From contig OZ251227.1 of assembly GCA_965240325.2 (NCBI GenBank), positions 1,054,001-1,118,000 on the forward strand: a DNA stretch of 64,000 bases. The letters run 5' to 3'. The notes under the pieces were generated by a model. That model was not told where the DNA came from. It ran no database searches and saw nothing but the letters and a program-made list of their open reading frames with translations. Positions within the stretch are counted from its first letter, which is position 1; the number at the start of each line of letters is the position of its first letter. Source of the DNA: Rebecca billardiae RCC1528. Lineage: Eukaryota > Protista > Haptophyta. The position numbers were made by a program, and so were the translations under genes. Positions 33,234 to 47,560 of this stretch are shown piece by piece.

Positions 33234-35127
33234 ATGCCCTCAAAGCGCCCACGGGCGCCGCCTCGGGTGCACGGCGCCGGCGGGGAGAAGGTGCCGGTCG
33301 TGATCGTGACGGGCTTCCTCGGTGCTGGGAAGACAACTCTTATGGAGCACCTGCTGGCGAACGCGGAGGGACAGGTCATCGGTTGCGTCGTCAACGACCT
33401 TGCGGCAATCAACATCGACGCCACGCTCGTGGCTGAGGCGGCGAAGAAGACCGGCGCCGCGGGAGGCGGGCTGCATATGGTGACGCTCGAGGACGGCTGC
33501 ATCTGCTGCGAGCGCTCGGGGGACCTGTTGCCGTGCATCGACGAGCTTCTCGCGAGGAAGGCGTGCGGGCCGGACCGGAGGCCGTTCGATCTGATCCTGG
33601 TTGAGTGCACGGGAATGGCGGAGCCGTCGCAGATGCTGGCCTCCTTCTCGCGGCCCACATCGACGGCGAGGCACGTGCTCGAGGAGGTCTACCTCTCGTC
33701 CGTGCTTGCGATGATTGATGGCCCCGCGTTCGAGGCGCAGTATGATTCGCATGCACGGTGCGTTCGCGATGCGCGCTTTGTGCGAGCTTCGCGACGCGCG
33801 CTTCGCGCGAGCATGCGCCGCTGTGCACCAGCTCACGAGCATGCGCCTTGCCCTGCGTGCGCGTGTCCCGTGCAGATCGCGGATCGACAAGCACTGCATA
33901 GTCGACCTGCTCATGGCGCAAGTGGAGACAGCTGATCTCATCGTGCTGAACAAGGTGTGCGCGCGCGCGGCTCGACGCGCCCTGCCCAGAGGCCCCGAGA
34001 GCTCACGCACCGCCACCGCGCCTGATCACCTGTCCCCTCCCCACGGGTCGGCGCAGATGGATGGGCTGGACGAGCCTCGCGCCGACACGATCTACGAGAC
34101 TCTCGCCGCGCTCAATCCGCGCGCGGCGGTGCTGCGGACGAGCTACGCACGGCTTCCGCTCAGCGCGGTGCTCGGCGCGGGGCGGGAAGGCAATGGCAAG
34201 GGGTCAGGCTCTCCGCAGGAGAAGCGCGGGCGGGTCGCACCGGCCAGCGCGCCGCCCGGTACGCCCCTCGGGGAGAGCCTCCCTCGTCGGCTCAGGAGCG
34301 CGGTCAACAGCCTCGTGTTCGTGCGCGACCGGCCATTCCACCCGGAGCGGCTTTTGGAGCTCGTGGTTGGGCGGTTGCCCACGCGGCGGCAGGCGGGCGT
34401 TGCGCTGCGGACCGCGGACGAGCGGGCGGACGAGCTCGCGCGCAACCCGCTGTGCACCGTTCTCCGTTCGAAGGGATTCGCGTGGCTCGCGTCGCAGCCG
34501 GATGCTCGCTTCGCGTGGGCGTACGCCGGCTTCCACTTCCAGCTGCGTGAGCACGGCAGCTGGAGTGCGGCGGCAGAGCGGGAGGTGGTGGCGGGCTCGG
34601 CGGCGGCCGGCGGTGGCGATGACGCGCCCGACACTCTCGGAGCCTCCGACGCGCTCGAGAGCTTCTTCACGGGCACGCAGGGCGGCGCGCCGCGCGGTGT
34701 GCGTGCCGCCGACCCGCAGCAGCGGCTCATATTCATCGGCCTGGGCATGCCACTGGAGCGGGTCGAGGCGGCACTTGACGAGTGCTTGCTCACAGATCGC
34801 GAGATGGCCTACTTTTGCGCCGGCGCCGTCGCGCCACCCTCACCGGTCCGCGCGGACGACGAGCCAGTCGCCGAGGAGCACGCGAGCGCGGCGGCGGTCG
34901 AGCATGAGGTGCGCGTCTCGTCGCCCGCCATCGCCGCGGGTAGCGTTGCGTCGCCAGTGACCTCGGAGGATGACCGCCAGCCTACAACCCCTCGCCCTAC
35001 TAGGCACGACGTGGCGCCACCACCGTTGCCTGCGGCGAAGGCTTTGGACAAGGTGTGCGCGGTCCCGTCGTTGGCGCTGCAGCACAGCGGCGCCGCGCCG
35101 CTCATCAAGCCAGTCAAAGCGCCCTGA
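33234..35127 (+). CDS. CobW/COG0523 (G3E) metallochaperone GTPase
   Basis: TGFLGAGKTT, GCICC, ECTGMAEP, LNK|MD, RPFHPERL and LRSKGFAW; GT-AG introns 33758-33875 and 33955-34056. Confidence 0.9.
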
Positions 35128-36109
35128 CTGACGCCTTGAGCTCCTGGGTACGGCCCTGCACTGCATTAGGGAGTGCCGACCCCGGCCGGGCAGGATCCGC
35201 GCCACGCCGGCGCGGCCGCCCGCGTCCGGGGGCCCGCGTGCCGCGCCGGTAGGCGGGCCGCGTGTGCCTCTGACAGACTTTCAGCTGTCAGAGCATAGAG
35301 TTCACGGACACGGACTCGCCTCGGCGGTAAGTTATTCTTATTTGTATATGATTCGTCCGACGAATAATGACCGCGTTCCGCGGTCCTTTTCCGTAGAACG
35401 AACGTAGTTCGGGGCCCGCGGTGGCGGTGCACCCTCCGTCGCAGTCGTCTATTGACAGACCAGTTGCATGCCCGTACAACTAGACTCCAGCGGCGCGCCG
35501 CTGCGCCCCGCGGGCCCGGCGCCGGCGCCGCCGCGGGCGCGGGCCCATCGCAGCCGCCGGCGCGGCGCCCGGATTGTGTACAGGCGGATGCGACGAGGCG
35601 TGATCGACGAATGAGCGCGACTCCACGTGCACGCCAGGCCACGTGGAGCTGACAGCCAGGGAACACTGTGCCGTGTGCGGGGCCGCGGATTCGTTCGGGC
35701 CGCTGCTGCTGACCGCTCTGTCTGTTGTCACCGCGCGCCGCGGCAGCGCCAGGAGTAGTCAGTAGATGAATTGCACTGGTCCGAGTAGGGTTAGACCAGC
35801 GCCTGCGCGACGGCCGACAGGCGGGCGCGAGGCGTGATCGACGCATGAGCGCAACTCTATCTACGCGGAGCTGACAGCCAGAGGGAGCACTGTCTGTGTG
35901 TGCCGAGGTGCGAGGGCACCGGTGATCGTTATTTCGCGCGCCGCGCGTGCACTGCACGGGGTCACGGGGTGACACACCTCGGTCGGGCTCGGCACGCGTC
36001 GCAGAGGCACGGCCAGCTCTGGGGACGTCGCGCACCACCGTCGCCCGCGCCGCAGCTCGTCCTCCTAGGTCCGCCCGTCCAGCGCTGCAGACAGACTCGC
36101 CGGCGCGGG

Positions 36110-36499
36110 CCGAGAGTGAGTGCCGCAAAGCGGCTGCCAGCTGTTGGGCCGGGTGAGGAGGAGGGAGGGAGCTGGCCTGCGGGGCGCGTGGTGAAGTCGG
36201 TGATCAGTCGCGTCGCGCTCCCCCTGCCGATTGCGCCCTCGTCCTCCAGCACGGTGCGGACCTTGCGAACGAAGTTGTAGATCGACCATTTGGGCACGTT
36301 GTACTTCACCGCCGCAGAGGGCACGTCCTGCTCGTGCCTCACGACTGAGATGGCAGCAGCGATGCTCTGGAGCGTGCTCTTAGCCACCTTCTTCACTGCC
36401 CCGGATTCGAGCAGCACGTTCAATACGCGGCGAGCGCGGTCCTCGTCGGCGTCGCCAGCTGACGTGCTCGGCGTCGCCAGCTGACGTGCTCGGCATCAT
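36110..36499 (-). pseudogene. Pipsqueak/CENP-B-type HTH ORF remnant, paralogous to 18214
   Basis: AAISVVRHEQDVPSAAVKYNVPKWSIYNFVRK; frame broken by a 22-bp tandem duplication (36451-36494). Confidence 0.7.
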
Positions 36500-36701
36500 G
36501 TCCACGTGAGCGCAAAAAAGTGGCCTCGAGCCTGCTCAAGGCCTGCTCAAGTGCGCACAAGCCACAACTGGCTCGCCAGAGGGCAAAAGGCCAATAGCTA
36601 CTCCCAATTCCCGAAGGCTGATGATGAATACGCACACGTGCGCCTGATGAATGTCGATGATATTCTGCTCGACCCCGTAGCAGTCCATGAACCATATATA
36701 T

Positions 36702-38862
<2,161 letters not shown>

Positions 38863-40504
38863 CATGTATGAAAACGAAGCGGTGCAAATGATGTTCTCCA
38901 GTAGTGGATACGACCCCGACGAAGCGATTTTATGCCTGCGTGACTACCATACAGCATATGAATCAGTAGTGAATACGACCCCGACGAAGCCAATATATAT
39001 CGGTTGGTTACTTCGCTGATCCCGTAAGGACGTGCAAAAATAGTCTCAAAGAAGCTGACGCTTGTATTGGACTTGTAACCGTCCTACTTCACACACGCCC
39101 GGCCGGCGGCCGTCCACGATTGATTAGGGGAATGTCGTGGGCGCGGTTTTTTTCTCCGTGATGCATCTGTAGAGAGGGTCTCAAAATTCGAAACTCGGTC
39201 TCCGCCAGCCCTAAAAATCGGCCCCCGCGTCCCTTTTTCTTGATCAAAGATCTTTTTGAAACGTGGTTCGGGCCCGCTGGTGCGGGCTCCACGCTGCGTG
39301 CTCCGCCCTGCACCGCGGGCCATAAACTTATTACGATTCAGTCCTGACGTCTGAAAAGTCCACTGCGTCTGTCGTCCGGTCTACGAGTCGATAACTCAGT
39401 ACGAGTTGACTACGACTGAATTCTGCGGCTAAGATTTAAAGACACAGGCACGAGGGCGCAGCTCTCCTGATTCGTCTGTCGAAGTACTGATTGGAGAGTG
39501 ATGGAGACAGAGGGTGTGAGCGCGTTGGCCACGGGTGAGGTAGTCGTCGCCGATGCTGATCACACGCAGCCAGTAGGTGCCCAGGGATGCCGCTGTAGTA
39601 TTTGCAAGCAGCTTCTTAGTTAGTAAACGGCTAATTAGGCGACTACTTTACTCAGTAGTTACAGTGAGTGAGTAATCCGAACCGTGTCGTATAATATTGA
39701 TGACTCGGTTGGCACCACTTTTCTCTGAGAACCGGGGCGGTAATTCACGGTTATTCAGAAATACACTAACACTAGACACTCACTCTTAGTCTAATGTCCG
39801 TCAGGAGAGAACTACAGAGTTCAGAGTTCAACAACTCCGAAGAATTGGCGTGTGTAATCAGATTTTTCAAGATGCTGCCGACCGTCAGACTCAGTCCGAA
39901 AGCCGTTTGGAGCAGTCACACTGTTGTCTGTGGGCTGGGGGCCGGCCCGGGGCGGCCGAGCAGTCGGAGCCGGAGGTGGAGCTTGAGGCTAAGCCTAAGT
40001 CAGCTCCGTGGCACCGCGGAGTCGTCGTCACGGTGCGGCAGTGGCGGAGGTTCGCCAAGTACTGTAGGCTTCCAAGTGCCTGGAGCCACGACACGGCGGG
40101 GAAGCGGCCTCGGCCGTCGGCGCGGCGTGGCGGCACTCGCTGATTTACAGCCCTGACAGCGGCGTCAGCCAGACTCAGTAGAGCGCAGGGCGCAGCGGCA
40201 CAGGTCGCCCGCACAGATCGAGCCGGCTTGTGATGACCGAACTGATGATGGTTATGACGATTATGAAACGAAAGATTCCTAGTGTAGTAGTGTGGGAGCT
40301 CCCGCGAATCCGGGATCGCGTGCACTTCATGATCTCATGATCAGGGTTTGACCAATATGAGCCTAACGAGCGATGAATCTCGCCGGCGAGGTTGATGAGT
40401 AACCGGAACCCACATTCCTAACCACCTGCGCATTTTGAGTTTCGGGGCTGAAGCTCATCCCAAACGCTTACCCGGGCGCGGCAGTCGTGCGCCTGTACTA
40501 CCCC

Positions 40505-43222
40505 ATGCGCAGGTCCTCGCGGGCATCTGACGGGTCAGACGACGAGGCTGGTCCGGCGCGCAGTGTGGGCAGGTTCCTGGGTGCTCCATCATCCGGTCTG
40601 CTCGCCACCCGCCGGTCGCTCGGGCGGCGGATCTGGCCATCGCGCGGATCAACGTCGACACTCCAGAGCGAGAGGCATGCGCCCGACCAGCGACCTTCAG
40701 CGCATGGGATGTCGAGGCCCTCAGCGCAGGGGATGTCGACGCGAAGCGAGCCACCACGGGCTCTACACGCGGCTGACACTGCTCCACTACAGTCGCAGTC
40801 GCACCGCAAAGTGAGCGACCGCGAGCCGATCTCCTCGACGGCGGCCGACCTCTCGGGCCCTCTCCACCTCCCAGAGTACGGCGCGGAGGAAGCTCTCGCT
40901 CCGGTTCGCCCGCCGTCGAACGCACAGGCGGCGAGGAGTGGCAGTGGTCGCAAGCCGACGCGGGGTGGCGGCGTGACGCCAGTCCTTCACGCGGCCCTGC
41001 GGCCCCTCAAGCCGTCGATGCCCGATCGAGACTGGGAAGGATCTGCGTCAGCGTGGCTGCAACGACCGCAGCTGGTGGCGCCCCCGCCAGCGTCGCGCAG
41101 CACGGGCGCAGACGCGGAGGCTCTGCGCGCGCAGCTCGTGATGCTGCGCTCCGAGCTGGCGACGGCGGAGGCGGAGGTCACGAGGCTCCGCGCGCACATG
41201 GGCGTGCCGCCAGCCGGCAGCGCGGGCTCTGTCTCGTCCGCCAGCCCTGTGCTCGGCGATGGCGCTGGCAGCGCGCCCTCTCCAACTGACGCGGCTGACC
41301 TCACGCGCGCCGACGAGCCCGGCCATCTCCGGGTACACGAGAGCGACCTGAGCCGCTCCGCCTCCTCCGCCCGCGCCCCGTGGCGTCTCTCCGGCAGCTC
41401 GCCGGCGCAGCGCGAGTTCATGGGCTCACTGGCCTCGCGACGCACGAGCGGCTCGCTCGCGCGCGACGTGTCCAACTCGCGGCCGACCTCGCCGCCGCTG
41501 CGCGAGCGCGTGATCTCGATCGCCTCGCGACGCTCCAGCAGCTCGCTTCCGCCGGGCGCACGCGAGTCGAGCTCATCGCCTGCCGCCAGGGGCAGCGGCA
41601 CTCCTCTGTTCGCCCGCGGCCGCCTCCAGCGCTCGCGCGACTCTGTCGACGCGGGCCGCAAGGACGGCGCCGGCGAGGGTCACACCCCGGGGTTGGGGAG
41701 GCCGCGCAACCGTAGCAACACGCGCCGACCCCGCCTCCTTCGCGAGCGTCGTAGAGCCAACGTGCGGCCGGCCAAGCTGGGCTGGGACGCCGGCGACGGC
41801 GGTGCGGACGGCAGCGGCGCCGCCGGGCACGAGGACGAGGAGGAGGAGGTGGAGGGCGGGCTGCCCTTCTCGCTCGGGCTGCTCACGCGCGTGCCGCTCG
41901 AGACGCGCTCGCCTTGGCGGCGGGACGTCGACCCGCGCACGCTCGTACCCTTTCTCAAGCTGAGCGAGGACGGGCGCTCGAGCGTGTGGCTCGCTCGGCA
42001 AGACAGCTCGACCGCTGCGCCGAGCGCGGGCCGGCTGCTCGTGCTCAAGATGTTCAGCGCGGCGCAGCTGATGGCGCGCGCGACGGGCGGTGAGGAGGCG
42101 CTCACGCCGATCCAGCACGTCACCGAGCACATCGCCGGGATGCAGGCCGTCGCGAGCGTGTGGCTCGAGCGCGATGCGCTCCGCGCGCTCAGCGGCCACC
42201 CATTTGTTGTCGGCGTCTGCGGCACGCGCGCCACCGCGCACTCGGCCATGCTCGCGTTCGAGCCGTGCCTCGGCGGCTCCCTCGGCGAGCGCGTGCGCGC
42301 GCACGGGCCGCTCGACGCGCGCGCCGCCGCGTTCCACGCCGCGGCGCTCGTGCTCGCCATCGGCGCCGTGCACGAGACGCTCGGCTGCGTCTTCAACGCG
42401 CTCACGCCCGACGCGGTCTTGATCGACGCGCAGGGCTGGCCGCGGCTGAGCAGCTTTGGCGCGCTCGCACGCGTGGCGATCGGTGCGGGCTCGGGCGCGC
42501 CGACGGGGCGCGTGCTCGACAGCGTCGACGTGAAGCAGCTCCGGGCCGCTGCTGACTTTGGCGCGCCTGAGCTGCTCGCGCCGCACGATCAGCGCGTGGG
42601 GCACACGACGCTCGCCTCGGCGGGCGGGGCCGGCGGCAGCAGCACCGGCATGGTTGGCGATGCCGAGCAGCGCGGCTACGGCGTCGCTGCAGACTGGTGG
42701 TCTGTGGGCGCGGTGCTCTTCTACGCGCTGGTCGGCAGGCCACCGCGCACGCCCTTGCGCCCACTCCCTGGCGCCGCTCCGCGGGCGCCGGACGGGGGGA
42801 AGGGGGTCGGCGCGGTGGTCTGGCCCCACGCGTACGAGCCCGAGCTCGCCCCGAGCGCGCGCTCGCTGCTCGAGGCGCTGCTACATCCGGACAGCGAGGC
42901 GCGGCTCGGCGCGCCGACCGCCGGCGGCGTGGCACGCGTGCGCGCGCACCCATTCTTCGCGCAGCATGGCGTCGACTGGGACGCCATGCTCGCGCGTGTC
43001 GGCGTGCGCCCGCCATGGCGGCCTGAGCTGCGCGGCCCAGATGACTACTCACTGTTGAAGCCCAAGGATCGGGCTGCGGCGGGTGCGCTTGGACCGGACA
43101 ACCGACCGGCGCATGCGCGCGACGGCGATGGTGAGGCAGCGGGCTGGCGGTCGCAGCTGGATGAGCTGTCATTGCCGACCGCCTTGAGCACGACATTTGC
43201 CGGCCTGTTCCACGGCTTTTGA
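40505..43222 (+). CDS. AGC-group (PKA/PKG-like) kinase-fold protein, probable pseudokinase, with long disordered N-terminus
   Basis: VLKMF, ERDALRALSGHPFVV, FGAPE, ADWWSVGAVLF, RLGA..VRAHPFF..VDW..PPWRP and C-terminal F..F; catalytic loop reads VFNALTPDAVL and DFG reads SFG. Confidence 0.85.
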   Translation: MRRSSRASDGSDDEAGPARSVGRFLGAPSSGLLATRRSLGRRIWPSRGSTSTLQSERHAPDQRPSAHGMSRPSAQGMSTRSEPPRALHAADTAPLQSQSHRKVSDREPISSTAADLSGPLHLPEYGAEEALAPVRPPSNAQAARSGSGRKPTRGGGVTPVLHAALRPLKPSMPDRDWEGSASAWLQRPQLVAPPPASRSTGADAEALRAQLVMLRSELATAEAEVTRLRAHMGVPPAGSAGSVSSASPVLGDGAGSAPSPTDAADLTRADEPGHLRVHESDLSRSASSARAPWRLSGSSPAQREFMGSLASRRTSGSLARDVSNSRPTSPPLRERVISIASRRSSSSLPPGARESSSSPAARGSGTPLFARGRLQRSRDSVDAGRKDGAGEGHTPGLGRPRNRSNTRRPRLLRERRRANVRPAKLGWDAGDGGADGSGAAGHEDEEEEVEGGLPFSLGLLTRVPLETRSPWRRDVDPRTLVPFLKLSEDGRSSVWLARQDSSTAAPSAGRLLVLKMFSAAQLMARATGGEEALTPIQHVTEHIAGMQAVASVWLERDALRALSGHPFVVGVCGTRATAHSAMLAFEPCLGGSLGERVRAHGPLDARAAAFHAAALVLAIGAVHETLGCVFNALTPDAVLIDAQGWPRLSSFGALARVAIGAGSGAPTGRVLDSVDVKQLRAAADFGAPELLAPHDQRVGHTTLASAGGAGGSSTGMVGDAEQRGYGVAADWWSVGAVLFYALVGRPPRTPLRPLPGAAPRAPDGGKGVGAVVWPHAYEPELAPSARSLLEALLHPDSEARLGAPTAGGVARVRAHPFFAQHGVDWDAMLARVGVRPPWRPELRGPDDYSLLKPKDRAAAGALGPDNRPAHARDGDGEAAGWRSQLDELSLPTALSTTFAGLFHGF

Positions 43223-43657
43223 TCGTCGATGAATAATACTGCTGCTACTCTATTCGCAGTGACGACCGGAGTCGCAGAGACTCATTAGCACGACTCATCA
43301 CGAGTCTGCTGCACACTGACACTGTGACTACTGTGAGACGCGATGACTCTGATACGACAGGTTCAGTGCCGAGTCAGTTCGGGCTGCTGACGGCGGCCCA
43401 AGTCACAAGTGCCGGCAGCGCGCAGCCTCGGGGCCTGGCTCTTGAGTCTTGCTCAAGTGCGCGCGTCGATCTGCTGCGCAGGCCTCTATAGGCTCTACTC
43501 TGTATAGTTCCACGGCGCGCTTTATTTTGTGATGACGATAGTAGATCGGACGATACGTCGTCGTAACAATGATGACTCGATCATCGTCGTCGATGAACTG
43601 CGTACGACGATTCGCAGTGGTACTCTGATGAGTGATCTGTGATGCTCACTGATACTG

Positions 43658-45858
43658 TTACAGAACTACGGTCGGACGTTGGCTCGCCTGAAGTTGCAGC
43701 CGCTGCGGACTTGGCTGCGGGCGGGTCTCCAGCGGTGGGAGGACGGCTGGCCGTACCAGTGAAGGCGACCCGCCTAGCACCAGCCCCGGACTTCTCCTTG
43801 GGCTTGCGCTCAACGGGGTTAGTCTCTGAGTGCTTGCACTCAGCCTGTCACTTGCGTTGCTCAGCCGAGGTTGAGGGTTCGGGCCTCGGGGCGGACTGGT
43901 GCCGATCCGCGTGCCATCCACTGGCGGGCCATCCACAGGCGGATGTGTCGGTAGTGCGGGTGGCAGCGGCGGCGCGGGACCCGGGCTCGACTTGGGCTCG
44001 GAAGTCGGGGCGGGGGAGCCAGGGCTCTCGGCGGGCACGACAGTCGGCAGCCTCGCGTGGCCGGTCTTGCTTTGCTGCAGCCGCAGCCGCGCCTCCGCTT
44101 GCCGCCTCTCCATCTTGAGCCTGTCGCGGCGGGCGGGCAGCGCGGGCGGGTGTGGCCGTGTGAAGAGGGCATCGCCACGGGTGCAATCACGCGCGCGCGG
44201 ACCGCGCGCGCCGCGTACTTCCTGTCCGCCAGGCTCTTGCTGCAGCGCAGCACGAGCACGCAGTACAGCTTGAGGCCGAGCACCAGCGCGGCCGGGATGA
44301 AGACCGTCGAGAAGATGGTGAGGAACAGCCGCAGCCAGCCCACGTTGCGCGAGATGGAGACGCACGTGGGCGTCTCGATGCGGTTGTCGCACACGGGGTA
44401 CAGGAAGTTGAGCCCGTCTAGGTCGTCCTGCGTGAGGCACGTCTTGGGCTGGTGCGAGAGCGTGGCCTGCAGCACCGAGTCCGCATCGTACGCGGACGTG
44501 GCGGAGACGCCCTGCAGCGGGTTGGAGCAGTTGTAGCTGTCGCGGTCCGACTTGAAGTTGAGGTCGTTCCACTCGTCCGGGTGGTCGAAGCCGAGGATGT
44601 GGCCTGCGGGCGCATGCGCCGAGGGGGCAGCGCGCAAGGCGTCACTCGGCACGAACCGTGCGGCGCTGCCCGCCGCGTCCGCGCGCGCAGGTGAGCGAGG
44701 CTCGCGCGCCCGCACGGGTGCGGGGGACCGGCGCGGTTGGCGCGTGCCGATCTCGTGCACGGCAGCGGCCTCGAAGTCCTGGCAGTCCCAGCACGGCTGG
44801 AAAACGGACGTGTAGAAGATCGGCGGGAAGGCGATCAGCGTGAACACCGCCGAGACCAACGTCATGTTGAGGTGGGAGAAGGTGGTTGCGAGAGCCACGT
44901 TGGCATCGAGCGCAGAGATCTCGCGCCCGCTCAGCTTCTTGGCGGCGCGGTCGAGGCTGCCGGTGCAGAGGACCTCCCAGAGTGCGGCGCACGCGGCGCG
45001 ACCGGCCCCGAGGACCTCGACGGCCTCGACCACGCCGTCGTCGTCCGTGTCCCACGTGTTGAGCAGCGCGTGCAGGAAGCTCATGGCGATGCGCCACAGC
45101 CAGTAGATGAAGAGCGCGCCGGAGAACACCTCGATCAGGATGAACAGCGTGAACATGAGCGTGGGCACGTCGACGCCCTCGAGCTCGGCGTTGAAGAAGT
45201 AGGCGCAGAACGTCTGGTCGGTGTACCAGCAGATGTCGGTCGCGTACTGTAGCTCGACGTACAGGAACTCGCCGCCGTCCGCATCCAGGCCGTTGGTCGC
45301 CTCCGGCTGCCGGTTCGAGAGCTCGTACGGCACAACGCGTGCGCCAGTGTGGTCCTCGGCGTTGACCTTGTCGAAGGTGGAGATCATGATCTCGGCTGCT
45401 GAGCAGCGCACGCAGTTGGCTGAGGTGCAGCGCTCCCCATCCATCCGCGTCCAGAGGTCGTTGTCGATGCAGTGCTGAGTCACGTCGATGAAGTTGACAT
45501 GCGCATTGTTCATAGACCAAGTGGCGAACGCGGAGATCATGACGTCCTTGATCACGTCGCACGACACGAACTCGTACATATCGAGCCAGGCCGCGTGGCG
45601 ACGCTCCGAAAACCTGGGCAGTATCTCGTCGCAGAACTTGGGGTCGTAAGCATACGCGATGGCACCACCGAGCCCTGCTGTCGCGGTGGGCGAGCGCTCG
45701 TTGGCCCAGCGATACAAGGTGGGCCTCCCATTGTAGGTGAGCCGCACGAAGTCTTGGATTGACTCGTAGTCGCCCACCCGGCTGTTCCGCGACGCCGGGA
45801 AGAGCACCCACCCGGGCCCCCCTGCTAGCAGGAGCGCGCACGCGACACCACCCAACAT
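43658..45858 (-). CDS. Membrane-anchored metzincin (matrixin/M10-like) metallopeptidase
   Basis: AFATWSMN..NFIDVT; HEIG|HILGFDH (HExxHxxGxxH) restored by removing a GC-AG intron at 44604-44747; LTQDDLDGLNFLYP; second intron 44121-44218; several TM helices. Confidence 0.8.
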
Positions 45859-46030
45859 TCGTTCCCGCCCCGGTCTGGACCGTGTGGGCTCCACGCTCTT
45901 CCGCCAGCGCCATCAGTGGAAAGAGTCGGTAACGTGCCGTTTCCTCGACGGGAATAGAAGCAATTCACGCGCGCGACGACGAACGGGCGCCGCGCTGTAG
46001 TTAGCCTACGTACTAGTACTACAAGTACTG

Positions 46031-47184
46031 TAAATTCCCCTTTATAACGGGCTCCGGATGATCAGACTGGCGGCCGAAGCCTCCAGCCCTACCCTGGCCA
46101 GCCCCCAACCAACCACCACCCTCACCCAACCTCAAACCACTGACCGATACACCAAGTGCCTTGACACCACTCCGCTGTGGACAGCCCGCCTCCAGAGGGG
46201 GCGGGGGTATGCCATTGCCGACAGCATACAAGCCCAACACTGTGGGGTGGTCCCAGGTACCAGCAGTGCACTGCCTTGCAATTCGAGATCATCGAGTTTG
46301 AGCCGAGTCGGCAGACTGGGCACCCCTTAGGGTGCCCCAGTGTGGGCACAACTATCATACTGTAAGGGGTTAAGCCACTATAACTGTCAGGCAGCCGCCA
46401 TCGTGCGACGACGTGCCCACGCCCACGTGCGCGAATTTGTGCGACGTTCACAGCGACGAGGTCGCGGTCCCCGGCCGCTCCGACGCGCTCTTGACTTCCG
46501 CGTGGGACGTGCGGAGGTCAAGAACCCATCCTACTCGTCGACGGTGCCGACCTCGCAGCCCTGAACGTCGCACAAATTTGAGATTGGCACCTCTGGCGGG
46601 GGCCGCGACACGCATGCCAGGTCCGCGCGGCGCTCTGTGGGCAAGCGAGCCAAGGGGCGCAGCGAGTCCGGTGCGGCTGTCGTACGGGTCGAGCGCGAGC
46701 GCCGAGTCGCAGCCGCGCGCGCGCCGCGCCGCTGGCGCCGGGTCGCCCGGGGGAGAAGGCGCAGCTGCAGTGCTCCTCTGCCATCACGCGATCCGCCGGC
46801 AGAAAGACCAGACTTTGCGCCCAGTTTTGACCAAAACGATGGGTTTTTAACTCCGCGCGATCTGGGTAACCTGACACTTATAGTGGCTCGGCCCTTTAGA
46901 GCTGGTCAAGCCGTCCCCGTTTTTTTGTTTTAAATTCCCCTTTATAACGGGCTCCGGGTGATCAGACTGGCGGCCGAAGCCTCCAGCCCTACCCAGCCTA
47001 CCCTGGCCAGCCCCCAACCAACCACCACCCTCACCCAACCTCAAACCACTGACCGATACACCAAGTGCCTTGACACCACTCCGCTGTGGACAGCCCGCCT
47101 CCAGAGGGGGCGGGGGTATGCCATTGCCGACAGCATACAAGCCCAACACTGTGGGGTGGTCCCAGGTACCAGCAGTGCACTGCC
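46031..47184 (-). mobile_element. Retroelement-like repeat present as two direct copies 900 bp apart (46031-46275 and 46931-47184)
   Basis: Near-identical ~250-bp repeats ending GTTATAAAGGGGAATTTA on the minus strand, one followed by an A-rich tail; third and fourth copies at 13.8-14.3 kb; no TG..CA LTR ends and no RT. Confidence 0.65.
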
Positions 47185-47560
47185 CGTGCGCCCTAACTAC
47201 TCCTTCCACCCCCGGCAGCGTCTCGTACTCTAACTCGTCGTCCAAGTCCAAGACAATGGCCTCCAAGTCGGCACCCGAAGGCAAGTCTCGGGCCGCGTCC
47301 CGGCTGACCGGACCGGGGGGCCGGCAGGCTTTGCGGCAGGGGCCTGGCGCAGGTGCAGCGGTCGATGCCAGGCGCGCGTCAGACCAGACAGCGACAATGG
47401 TGTGGCCGCGGCGCCGGAGGCTGTCTCCGGGACCCTGCCGCCGGTGGCGCCAGCGCAAGACCAGCGGCACAGACCGATTACCGAATGAGACTGCCATGAG
47501 TAGTTTGCTTAACGATTACCCGGCGGTCCCGGTGACCGATATGTCCGCATGAGTACTGTC

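Noticed and set aside
46031-47184. Canonical LTR retrotransposon or TRIM
   Set aside because: No TG..CA ends, PBS or TSD seen, and homology with the 13.8-kb copy extends beyond the direct repeat.
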